Virus record (IMG/VR): IMGVR_UViG_2838247499_000001
Location: 1-64,000 of that record
DNA from: a virus
Taxonomy: Duplodnaviria; Caudoviricetes
Reading direction: 5' to 3' (one strand)
DNA: 64,000 nucleotides
Part shown: positions 18,342 through 27,200 of the stretch, one piece after another
Layout: the number at the start of each line of letters is the position of its first letter
Position numbering within the stretch: the stretch's first letter is position 1
Position numbers and translations under genes: made by a program
Notes under the pieces: generated by a model
Databases searched by the model: none
The model's input: only the letters and a program-made list of their open reading frames with translations
Told to the model about the DNA's origin: nothing

Positions 18342-18893
18342 ATGAATCACACCACCGAGAGCGACCCCAGCGGCCGCAATCCGCACGAGCCCGGCGCCAA
18401 GCTGGACAACGGCAAGACCTTGGCCTGGCTGTTCCATTCCGGCTTCGCTCGTGCCCTAGAGCACGTGGCCGAGATCACCACCGTGGGTGCACGCAAGTAC
18501 ACCCCTGGTGGCTGGGCCGAAGTGCCCAACGGCGTCGAACGCTACATGGAGGCCTTCGGGCGCCACCAGTTCGACCTGGCCAAGGGCATCGTCTTCGACG
18601 ACGGCCCCAACGGCACCGGCAAGCGCCACAAGGGCCAGATGATCTGGAACCTGCTGGCTTCGCTGGAGCTCGAGCTGCGCGCCGAGGAAGACGCCGCGAG
18701 GGCCAAGGAGATCCAGGCCACGCTCGCCGGCGCCATGCACATCCGCGGCCCGATCACCGACCAGCTGGCGCGTGATCCGTTGCCCGCCCGTGCCCGTGAC
18801 TGGCTCACGGCGCAGGCTACCCAAGAGGCCGGGATGCTCCCCAAGCACCAGGCCGTCGAGCGGCTGCTGTCCACGGTCGACACCGGCTCCTGA
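18342..18893 (+). CDS. DUF5664 / dATP-dGTP diphosphohydrolase-domain protein
   Basis: GAKLDNGK, GARKY...W, RY..A..RH, H....WN motifs; start at MNHTT. Confidence 0.75.
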   Translation: MNHTTESDPSGRNPHEPGAKLDNGKTLAWLFHSGFARALEHVAEITTVGARKYTPGGWAEVPNGVERYMEAFGRHQFDLAKGIVFDDGPNGTGKRHKGQMIWNLLASLELELRAEEDAARAKEIQATLAGAMHIRGPITDQLARDPLPARARDWLTAQATQEAGMLPKHQAVERLLSTVDTGS

Positions 18894-18909
18894 GCGAGCA
18901 GTAGAGCAG

Positions 18910-18932
18910 GCGGCCTCCGGCCGCTCTCACGA
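18910..18932 (+). promoter_or_regulatory. hairpin promoter candidate (CACGA class)
   Basis: GCGGCC-TCC-GGCCGC-TCT-CACGA. Confidence 0.6.
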
Positions 18933-18988
18933 ACAACCAAGGAAGCGCCCCTCGCGGGCGCTTTCCTCATTCCAAACCACAAGGAACC

Positions 18989-19717
18989 ATGACCCAACAA
19001 GTCAACGACAACCTCGTGCTGGTCGTCGGCAAGTCCGCGACTGGCAAGTCCGCCTCCCTGATGGGGCTGACCAATCCGGAGGGCGTGATGTACCTGAACT
19101 GCGAGGCCGGCAAGAAGCTGCCGTTCCGCAGCAAGTTCAAGCAGTACGTCATCACCGACCCGCTGCAGGTCAACGAGGCTATGCAAGTGGCCGAGACGAA
19201 GCCGGAGATCCACACGATCGTGACCGACACGCTCACGTACCTGATGGACATGTACGAGAGCCTGTACGTGCTCGGCGCCGCGGACGGTCAGAAGGCCTGG
19301 GGCGCATTCGCCCAGTACTTCAAGACCCTGATGCAGCAGGACGTCGCCCGTTCCACCAAAAACGTGGTGTTCCTGGCCCACACCGCCGACCAGCTCAACG
19401 CCGGCGAGATGGTGATGGAGACGAAGGTCCCCATCAAGGGCGCCACCAAGAACAACGGCGTCGAGAGCTACTTCAGCCAGGTCATCGCGGCCAAGAAGAA
19501 GACGCTCAAGGAGCTGGAGGCCTACAAGTCTCCGCTGCTGACGATCACGCCGGAAGAAGAAGCGCTGGGCTTCAAGCACGTGTTCCAGACGCGCATCACC
19601 AAGGAAACGGTGAACGAGCGCATCCGCAGCCCCCTGGGCATGTGGGACACGAAGGAGACGTTCATCGACAACAACCTGCAGCTGGTCTTCGACCGCCTGC
19701 GCGAGTACTACGCCTGA
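18989..19717 (+). CDS. AAA/Sak4-like ATPase (N4 gp44-like)
   Basis: GKSATGKS Walker A, YLNCE, FLAH; synteny before SSB. Confidence 0.85.
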   Translation: MTQQVNDNLVLVVGKSATGKSASLMGLTNPEGVMYLNCEAGKKLPFRSKFKQYVITDPLQVNEAMQVAETKPEIHTIVTDTLTYLMDMYESLYVLGAADGQKAWGAFAQYFKTLMQQDVARSTKNVVFLAHTADQLNAGEMVMETKVPIKGATKNNGVESYFSQVIAAKKKTLKELEAYKSPLLTITPEEEALGFKHVFQTRITKETVNERIRSPLGMWDTKETFIDNNLQLVFDRLREYYA

Positions 19718-19782
19718 CGAGCGCAGCACTCCCCCAAGCATTTCCCCCGTCACACCACACCTCAACTTCACAAGGAAACAAC

Positions 19783-20535
19783 ATGGGTATCCTCGGTTCC
19801 CTCAAGAGCGACGACAGCATTGCCAACGAACGCGACAGCGTCGGTGGCGGCGGCCCGCTCGACTCCAACGCCTACAAGTTCAACATCGCCCTGGCCTACG
19901 TGGTCAAGGCCGCCAGCGACGCGCTGGGCTTGTTCGTCTCCCTGAAGGGCGACGACGGCCGCGAGCTGCGCCAGACCTTCTGGATGACCTCCGGCAAGGA
20001 GAAGGGCTGCAAGAACTACTACGAGAAGGACGGCGAGAAGCACTACCTGCCGGGCTACCTGCTGGCCAACTCGCTGGCGCTGCTCACCGTGGGCAAGGAG
20101 ATCGGCGAGCTCGACACCGAGCAGAAGGTCGTCAACGTCTACAACAAGGAAGCCAAGGCCGAGACGCCGACCAAGGTCGACATGGTCATGGACCTGGTGG
20201 GCAAGGACATCGTCGCCGGCGTGATCAAGCAGATCGTCGACAAGACGAAGAAGAACGACGCCACCGGCCAGTACGAGCCCACGGGTGAAACCCGTGAGGA
20301 GAACGAGGTCGACAAGTTCTTCCGCGCCCGCGACAACATGACCACGGCCGAGATCCGTGCCCAGGCCGAGGCCGCCGCCTTCTACGACACCTGGGTCAAG
20401 AAGTGGGCCGGCAACGTGAAGAACCGCGCCAGCAAGGCCGGCAGCAACGGCACCGCCGGTGCGCCCCGTGCCGCCGCTGGTGCTCCGGCCGCGGCCCAGG
20501 GCACCAAGAAGCCGACCCAGTCGCTGTTCGCCTGA
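19783..20535 (+). CDS. single-stranded DNA-binding protein (N4 gp45-like)
   Basis: SD AAGGA, start MGILGS; ENEVDKFF; C-terminal SLFA as in N4 SSB. Confidence 0.85.
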   Translation: MGILGSLKSDDSIANERDSVGGGGPLDSNAYKFNIALAYVVKAASDALGLFVSLKGDDGRELRQTFWMTSGKEKGCKNYYEKDGEKHYLPGYLLANSLALLTVGKEIGELDTEQKVVNVYNKEAKAETPTKVDMVMDLVGKDIVAGVIKQIVDKTKKNDATGQYEPTGETREENEVDKFFRARDNMTTAEIRAQAEAAAFYDTWVKKWAGNVKNRASKAGSNGTAGAPRAAAGAPAAAQGTKKPTQSLFA

Positions 20536-20544
20536 TCACCAGGC

Positions 20545-21012
20545 ATGCAGCGCTACCTCGGCACCAAGGTCGTCGAGGGTCAGCCCATGACCCGCGGGGA
20601 ATACAACTCCCTGCGGGGCTGGACGAACCCGTCCGACGAGAACCCCAACGACGCCGGCTACCTGGTCGGCTATCTCGGTGGGGGCAAGCCCAACCATTCG
20701 GACTTCCCGTACTACATCAGCTGGTCCCCGGCTGAAGTCTTCGAGAAGGCCTACCGGCCGACCCAGGGCATGAGCTTCGGCCAGGCCCTCGACGCCCTGA
20801 AGACTGGGCACCGGGTCGCACGTGCAGGCTGGAACGGCAAGGGTATGTGGCTCGACATGCAGCTTCAGGACGGCCGCTCCTACCCGGCCGGCGAGCTGGG
20901 GCTTCTGCCCCACCTGGCCTGGATCGGCATGAAGACGGCTGACAACAAGTTCGTCCCCTGGCTCGCCAGCCAGACGGACGTTCTCTCCGAAGACTGGACC
21001 ATCCTCCCCTGA
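20545..21012 (+). CDS. DUF2829-domain protein
   Basis: SWSP..VFE.AY, FG.AL..LK.G.RVAR.GWNGKGM, PWLASQTD.L..DW. Confidence 0.85.
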   Translation: MQRYLGTKVVEGQPMTRGEYNSLRGWTNPSDENPNDAGYLVGYLGGGKPNHSDFPYYISWSPAEVFEKAYRPTQGMSFGQALDALKTGHRVARAGWNGKGMWLDMQLQDGRSYPAGELGLLPHLAWIGMKTADNKFVPWLASQTDVLSEDWTILP

Positions 21013-21016
21013 CTCC

Positions 21017-21397
21017 ATGACCACCAACACTCCCGATCCCATCGAGCAGCTGATCCAGGACAAGGGCGCCGATGTCGCACCGCGCATCACGCCGGCCGAC
21101 GTCGAGGCCAACATCGCCAGCGAGCACTACTTCACCGCTGGCGACGGTGTGGCGGGCGCCGACATGGCCGTGGGCCAGTCGACCAGCGTCTATCCGCAAG
21201 TGCTGGGCCTCCTGACGTTCTGCGTCCTCACCCTTCGAAACGGATTCACCGTGACGGGCGAGTCGGCCTGCGCCTCGCCGGAGAACTTCAACGCCGAGAT
21301 CGGCCAGAAGATCGCCCGGCAGAACGCGGTGGCCAAGATCTGGCCGCTCATGGGCTACGAGCTCCGCTCCCGCCTCTCCAACTACTCCAAGGCATGA
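21017..21397 (+). CDS. N4 gp49/Sf6 gp66 family protein
   Basis: APRIT, LTFCVL.LRNGFTVTGESAC.SPENF..EIG, IWPLMGY. Confidence 0.85.
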   Translation: MTTNTPDPIEQLIQDKGADVAPRITPADVEANIASEHYFTAGDGVAGADMAVGQSTSVYPQVLGLLTFCVLTLRNGFTVTGESACASPENFNAEIGQKIARQNAVAKIWPLMGYELRSRLSNYSKA

Positions 21398-21726
21398 CCC
21401 AAGACACCACTCCCGAGAACCAACAGGCCAAGCCCGACACCGTCCCGGTGGAGGACCTGGACTCGTTCGTCCGCCACCTGGCGGCCTGGCACTCCCGCAA
21501 GGTCGCCATGCTCAACCACATGCAGACGATCCCCGAAGGGTCGAAGATGCAGGTGGGCAAGGACGGCGCCGAGGTCGAGCTCACGGGCGACATGCTCGCC
21601 GGCTTCAAGGCTGGCATCGAGCTGGCGCTCATCGAGCTGGGCAGCCTGCCCTTCGTGGCCGAGATGGAAGCCGACGAGGCCTCCACCGAAGCCCCGGTGA
21701 GCAGCGATGCTCCCGCGGCAGCTTAA
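21394..21726 (+). CDS. hypothetical protein
   Basis: 110 aa, ATGA overlap, LPF motif near C-terminus. Confidence 0.7.
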   Translation: MTQDTTPENQQAKPDTVPVEDLDSFVRHLAAWHSRKVAMLNHMQTIPEGSKMQVGKDGAEVELTGDMLAGFKAGIELALIELGSLPFVAEMEADEASTEAPVSSDAPAAA

Positions 21727-22282
21727 GGTCGTCGGCTGCGACCCCAGCCTCCGTAACTGGGGGCTGGCCGCTGGCCTGTACGACCTGGCCACCCAGAGGC
21801 TCCAGATCCTCAAGCTGGGCAGCCTGCATCCTGTCCTCCCCACCGGGAAGCAGGTCAGGCAGAACAGCCTGGATCTGGAGTCGGCCAAGCAGCTGTGTGA
21901 GGGCACCCTCGCCACGGTGAAGGACGCCCACGTGGTGTTCGTGGAAGTCCCGGTCGGCAGCCAGTCTGCCCGTGCCATGGCTTCCTACGGCATCTGCGTG
22001 GGTGTCCTGGGCGCTCTGCGCGCCATGGGCACCCCGTTCATCGAGGTGACCCCCACCGAGGTGAAGCTGGCCGGCCACGGCAAGAAGGACGCCACCAAGG
22101 CCCAGATGATCTCCTGGGCCATGAAGGCGCACCCTGAAGCCAACTGGCCCACCTACGTCAAGCACGGTGTGACGGAGGTCAGCGAGGCCAAGGCTGAGCA
22201 CCAGGCCGACGCGGTGGCGGCGATCTACGCCGGCATCCGGACCAGCACGTTCCAACAGCTCCTGCCGCTCATGGCGGCCTGA
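21707..22282 (+). CDS. RuvC-like Holliday junction resolvase (N4 gp46-like)
   Basis: VVGCDPSLRNWG, FVEVP.GSQSA, ATK..MI, H.ADAVA. Confidence 0.85.
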   Translation: MLPRQLKVVGCDPSLRNWGLAAGLYDLATQRLQILKLGSLHPVLPTGKQVRQNSLDLESAKQLCEGTLATVKDAHVVFVEVPVGSQSARAMASYGICVGVLGALRAMGTPFIEVTPTEVKLAGHGKKDATKAQMISWAMKAHPEANWPTYVKHGVTEVSEAKAEHQADAVAAIYAGIRTSTFQQLLPLMAA

Positions 22283-22316
22283 GCACCCACAACAACCCCC
22301 AACCTACAAGGATCCC

Positions 22317-22751
22317 ATGCAGATCAACCTGAAGCAGCGCGAGATCGAAGCCGCCCTGCGCATGTACGTGTCCCACCAGGGCATCAACCTGAACGGCAAG
22401 GAGGTGGCGATCACCTTCACGGCCGGTCGCAAGGAAGGCGGCCTGACCGCCGACGTGTCCATCGAGGACATCACCATCCCCGGCTTCACGGACGCCGAGG
22501 TCGGCGAGCAGACCGGCACCGCCAACGTGGTGCAGCTGGCTGCCGCCACCATCGCGGCCGCTGCGTCGACGCCTGCGGTGAACGCCGAGAAGCCGGCCGT
22601 GCAGACGACCGCTCCCGAGGCCACCGAAGCCAAGGCTCCGGCCGCGGCCAAGGAAGACCCGCCGTTCGAGCCGGACGCCCCCAAGGCGGAAGGCGAGGGC
22701 GCGAAGGCCGAGGACAAGCCCAAGACCAAGGTCGCCAGCCTGTTCGGCTGA
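22317..22751 (+). CDS. hypothetical protein (N4 gp47-like)
   Basis: MQI.L.Q.EIE.A N-terminus, FTAGR...LTA, disordered tail ending SLFG. Confidence 0.7.
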   Translation: MQINLKQREIEAALRMYVSHQGINLNGKEVAITFTAGRKEGGLTADVSIEDITIPGFTDAEVGEQTGTANVVQLAAATIAAAASTPAVNAEKPAVQTTAPEATEAKAPAAAKEDPPFEPDAPKAEGEGAKAEDKPKTKVASLFG

Positions 22752-22765
22752 TCGAGTAGTCCGCA

Positions 22766-22948
22766 GTGAGCTGGCTCAAGACCTTCGGCTACATCGTGGC
22801 CGCCATCGTCGTCCTCGCGCTCCTGGTAGCTGGCTTGCTGGCTGCCGTGGTGGTGGCCGGGTTCATGGTGATCGTCACGGTCATCCTGGTCCTGGCCCAG
22901 GCACTGCGCGAGTACTTCGAGACGCGGCCGCGCAAGCGTCCAACCTGA
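22766..22948 (+). CDS. small membrane protein
   Basis: 60 aa, long hydrophobic stretch and basic C-terminus. Confidence 0.65.
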   Translation: MSWLKTFGYIVAAIVVLALLVAGLLAAVVVAGFMVIVTVILVLAQALREYFETRPRKRPT

Positions 22949-22960
22949 TCACCGCCTGAT

Positions 22961-22996
22961 CTGACACCCCGGAAAGACGGGGACCATCATTGAAGC
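22961..22996 (+). repeat. repeat copy 1: CTGACA-CCCCG-GAAAGA-CGGGG-ACCATC-ATTGAAGC
   Basis: Read directly; anti-repeat GGCTTCAATGATGGT at 23064-23078. Confidence 0.95.
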
Positions 22997-23311
22997 CTCT
23001 TGAGTCTCTGCTCAACATGCCTGCGGGGTCCACCGGTAACCGACCGTGGGCGCAAGCCCAGGGGGCTTCAATGATGGTGAAGGCGAAAGCCTGACGGAGT
23101 TCCAGCCCGAGCAGACCACTCGACCGAAGCGGCGAAAGCCTGGCAGGGCGGCTGGCACCATCAACGAATTGTTCGGAGCACCACCTCAGCGACGGAAGGC
23201 GTAGGCCCCGGAGCCAAGGAAAGATGCGAAGGCCCTGGTGCGGGGTCTAGCCTGAAGACGGACCAGCCATCGAACTGCTGTGGTAAGCAGGAGCACCGTC
23301 CTTGAAATCGC

Positions 23312-23347
23312 CTGACACCCGGGAAAGACCGGGACCATCATTGAAGC
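23312..23347 (+). repeat. repeat copy 2: CTGACA-CCCGG-GAAAGA-CCGGG-ACCATC-ATTGAAGC
   Basis: Compensatory stem change vs copy 1; anti-repeat GGTTTCAATGATGGT at 23413-23427. Confidence 0.95.
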
Positions 23348-23780
23348 CCTCGGCCTCCCCTGCCAGGGATGAAAGGGATCGGCAGAGCAGGTTCGAGTCC
23401 TGCACCTCCGAGGGTTTCAATGATGGTGCCGAGGCCGCAAGGCTACAGGCGCGCGTAAGGGTAGACGAGCGATGGGTGTCCAGCTGTAGCGGCTGGAACA
23501 GGATGGCCCATCCCAGGACGACAAGGGCGTCAACTGGAGTGATGCGTCTGCGACAAGGATGGCCTCCCGGTTCACGGCCTCCAAAGCAAACCCTCAAGGC
23601 ACTATCAACAGCGACCGGTCGCCCCACGGGACCACGCCACTGAGCTTTTCCGAACCCTGCCACTTCAGGGGGACGTCGCAAGAAGTGGTGAAAGACTGTG
23701 GCTGCTACTACGCACGGCAGAGGAACCAAAGCGTGACGTTCCGGAGAGACGGAAGTAGGCCTGGCTCTCGCCCGATGAGC

Positions 23781-23817
23781 CTGACACCCCGGAACAGACG
23801 GGGACCATCATTGAAGC
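23781..23817 (+). repeat. repeat copy 3: CTGACA-CCCCG-GAACAGA-CGGGG-ACCATC-ATTGAAGC
   Basis: One-base loop insertion; anti-repeat GGCTTCAATGATGGT at 23933-23947. Confidence 0.95.
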
Positions 23818-24047
23818 CACCTGCCCTTCCTGCGTAAGCGGAGAGACGCAGGCCCAGCCCCTGGTGCTCCGGTAAGGGTAAGGGGTACAGGCGGACACTG
23901 ATCAACCGCACTGCTCGGATCGGCCAGCAGGTGGCTTCAATGATGGTGCTGACTGCCCGCAGGACAATGCCTGTGTCAGCCCTGGTAACCACGTGCTCCC
24001 CGTGGGGGCGGGCATGGAGCCAGCACCATCTTCAACAACACACCACC

Positions 24048-24206
24048 ATGCCCTTCTTCCCCAAACCCCAACCAGTCGATCCCTTCGAACTGTTCATGGC
24101 CAAGCTCATTGGCGTGAAGTTCGAGCGTAGAGAAGCCAACACTGTCCTCGTTGGCTATCTCTACAAGGGCTGCATCTACGTCACCGAGCTCTACAGCGTC
24201 ACTTGA
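24048..24206 (+). CDS. small hypothetical protein (52 aa)
   Basis: MPFFPKPQPVDPFELFMAK...; A/C-rich leader like other genes here. Confidence 0.5.
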   Translation: MPFFPKPQPVDPFELFMAKLIGVKFERREANTVLVGYLYKGCIYVTELYSVT

Positions 24207-27200
24207 TGAGCGACATCGGCACCGACACCGTGGCCAGGCGATCCAGAGCGCCGGGGTACTGCAAGGCACCCCAGCTCCACGGGTTGTTGCCCAGGTGGTG
24301 CAGGAACGAACCATCCAGCACGTTGGGGCCGATGCTCATGTAGTGATCCAGGGCCATCAGGCCCAGCACTCGACCAGGGTTCTCACGCATCGTGCGAGTC
24401 AGAACTCGCTGGATGCGCAGGAAGTACTTGGTGAACATGAACAGACCCATGTTGTCCAGGTACTGCATGCCGCGGTGCATCGGGACGTCGTAGTTGATGA
24501 ACGTCTCGCTGGCGCGCTGCAGGGCCTGCTCCTTGGTCATCGGGTCCTTCTTGGTCACCAGGTGCTGGTACAGCGCATAGCGGGCCATGAAGTCCGACAG
24601 CCGGGTCATCCGGCTCATGGCCTGGTAGGTCTTGGTGTCGTGCGTCATGTAGACCTGCTTGGCCGCGGCCACCACGCCCGGGTTCAGGGCCTTGGTGAAG
24701 CGCTCGGTGCGACGAGCCCACTCGGTCTTGTACGAGTAGGGGTCGTTTTCCTGGGCGACGTCTTCCACGATCGTGGGCATCAGGCCGGCCTCCATCAGCT
24801 CCTTGACCGGGTTGCGCGCCAGCGCATCCTTCAGGCGGGCCACCTGGCGCTCGATGTCCGAACGGGTGCCATTGCCTGCCGGCAGGTAGCCAGTGTCCAG
24901 CATCTGCTGCAAACGCTGCAGCTCGTTGCTGTCGCGCTCGAAGGCCACGGCGCCGCGCATGGCCACCAGGTGATGACGCACGAAGTCGCGCAGAGGCACC
25001 CCGGACAGAGCCAGTTGGGTGAAGTTCGACAGCACGTTGTCGATCAGCACCACCCCCGACTTGACCACGATGATGTCCTTCGTCTCCTTGACGATCTCCT
25101 TCCAGGCCTCCTCACCGCGGGCCAGATACCAGCCCAGCTTCTTGGCGTAGTTGTCGGCCTCGCGGTCGTCCATGCCCTGGCTGCGCGCATACAGGTCGAA
25201 CCAGCCTCGAACGATGGCTTGCACGCCCTTGAGCGTGTCCTTGTCCTTGCGCAGGAACTCAGCAGCAGAAGCCGCCCGATAGCCGAACATGACGTCCAGC
25301 ATGTCGTTGTGGACGTACATGCCCTTGAAGCCCCAGACCCGGTTTACCTCCTGCTTGGTCTTCTCCGGCAGCAAGCGCCAGATCTCCTTGAGCTGGGGAT
25401 CCGTGCTGTCCACCCCGACCAGGAAGTAGCCCTTCTGGCGGTTGACGTCACGATCAGCGTCGAACTGCGCCTTCAATGCCTGCACGGCCTCGGAGTTCTG
25501 CGCCGGCGTGGTTTGCTTGTCGAACACCGAGCCGGCCAGGGTGCCGAGAACTGCATCGAAGTCGTTGTTGCGCTGCAGGATGTCGTCCTTGGTCTGCTCC
25601 TCCATCAGATGGCGCCAGTTCACCACCTTTCCGTGCTCGTTGTAGACGGGCGCCATGTGGTGGGTGCGATCGAGCTCGAGGTCCCGATGCGGGTCCAGGC
25701 GACGATCCAGCAGCGACAGCTTGCCGGCAGTCACCGCGGCCTGGCGCTGGGCATTGCGCCGGCCATCGTCGAACCCGGTGTGCAGGAAGCCGTTGTGCAG
25801 CTGCGAGCCCTTGGCCGCGGTGTCGGTCAGCGACATGATCCCGGAGTCCCAACGGGCACGGGCAGCACCGCGGCGCACGTAGATGCGCTGCTTCTGGCTC
25901 ACCGGGTCGTGCAGGTCGTCCTGCACCTTGGCTCCCTCGGAGAAACCCTGAGCCAGCAGATCCTTGCCCCGCTCCTCGCCGGCGACTTCGAAGGCGGTGT
26001 GCGGGTTGAAGATCTCGGGCGTGTAGCCGTGCTGCATCAGCACCGGGTTGCCCCCGAACAGGCGCTCCAGGGCGTCAGCCTCCAGCTTCTTCAGCGTGCG
26101 CAGCAGGAAGTCCACCCCGTTGCCGCCATCCTGGCGAGCCGTCTCGGCAGACAGCACCGCGGCCGCGCGGGTCTTGTCAGCCACATCGGTCGACTTCAGG
26201 GCGAACAGCGAAGCCAGCACCTTGATGCTGTCCTCGTGCTCCTCAGCCACTGCGCTGGCATGGGCCTCGTACCGGGTGTCGAGCATGCGCGCGATCACGT
26301 GGGCGTTGGGCATCAGGAAGCCCTTGACCTGGCCGGTGGCCTTGAAGTGCCCCAGGATGCGAGCCTGCTCGACGTACAGCCGGCGCAGCCGGGCTGGCAG
26401 TCGAGCCTCGAACTGGGCGATGGCCTGGTCGAGCGCCGGCTGGCTGGTCAGCAGCTGCTCCATCTCGTTGAAACCGAAGTGGTCCAGCAGGTTATGCAGG
26501 CCCGTCCGCATGAACACCCGCGTCACGCTGGCCTTGGCTTCCGAGCTCAGGTCCTTGCCCTCGTTGACGAACGACTCCAGGGCGAACTTGGCCGAGTTGC
26601 TGATCAGGCTCTTGCGCTGGGCTTCCCGGTGCTTGACCAGGCGCAGGGACTTCTCGGCCCACTCCTTCACGCCGGCGACTTCGCGCAGCAGCGACGACAG
26701 GATGCCGCCTCGCTCGTTCATCGTGCGATCGCGGAACTGCTGCAGCGCGTCATAGAACTGCTGCTGGCGGTGGCCGGCGACGGTGCGGACCACCGCGGCA
26801 CTGCCCTTGACGATGCCGCTCTTGCTCTTGCGGAAGAAGTCCGAGCCAGCGACCTGCTCGACCTTTTTCATGGTCGCCTCGCTCGCCTTGGTGACCGCGT
26901 TCTCCAGTGGCTCCAGGTAGTTCACCCGCGCCTTGCCGTCCTTGATGGCTTCGCGGTTCTTGGCTTCGATGTCCACCAGCTGGCCAACCAGGGTCTGCAG
27001 CTTCTCGTCCAGGTTCTGGCCGTCGTAGGTGTGCGTGGCCATCCGGGCGAAGAAAGCCAGGATGTTCTCGAACACGATCTGCACCTTGTCGGCGAAGGTC
27101 TTGCCCTCGCTGACCGTGCGCCGATCCTTGCTCGGCACCTGCAGCAGCTTGTTCACGCCCTGGTGAGCGAGCGCCAGCGCAGCGAACCGGGCGAGGTACT

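Larger units (their letters stand above)
22961..24030 (+). ncRNA. putative structured ncRNA array of three repeat/anti-repeat units
   Basis: No credible CDS; three 36-37 nt repeats each with a downstream inverted anti-repeat; GNRA hairpins, a T-arm, compensatory and G-U changes. Confidence 0.7.

Noticed and set aside
18342-18893. Z-genome (2-aminoadenine) pathway
   Set aside because: No purZ-like gene in the window and DUF5664 is common alone; the rest of the genome is unseen
17928-20535. ORF-track long forms 17928..18893 and 18772..20535
   Set aside because: N-terminal extensions overlap real genes in other frames; likely starts are 18342 and 19783
23251-23310. Hammerhead-like CTGAAGA...GAAA in the RNA array
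   Set aside because: Stem II would consume core bases and no stem I/III arrangement fits
23349-23412. Complete tRNA gene
   Set aside because: Only the T-arm is canonical; no D-arm, anticodon arm or correct spacing
22961-23817. Canonical CRISPR array
   Set aside because: Only three repeats, gaps of 315 and 433 nt, internal anti-repeats and no cas genes in the window; kept only as a repeat-mimic hypothesis
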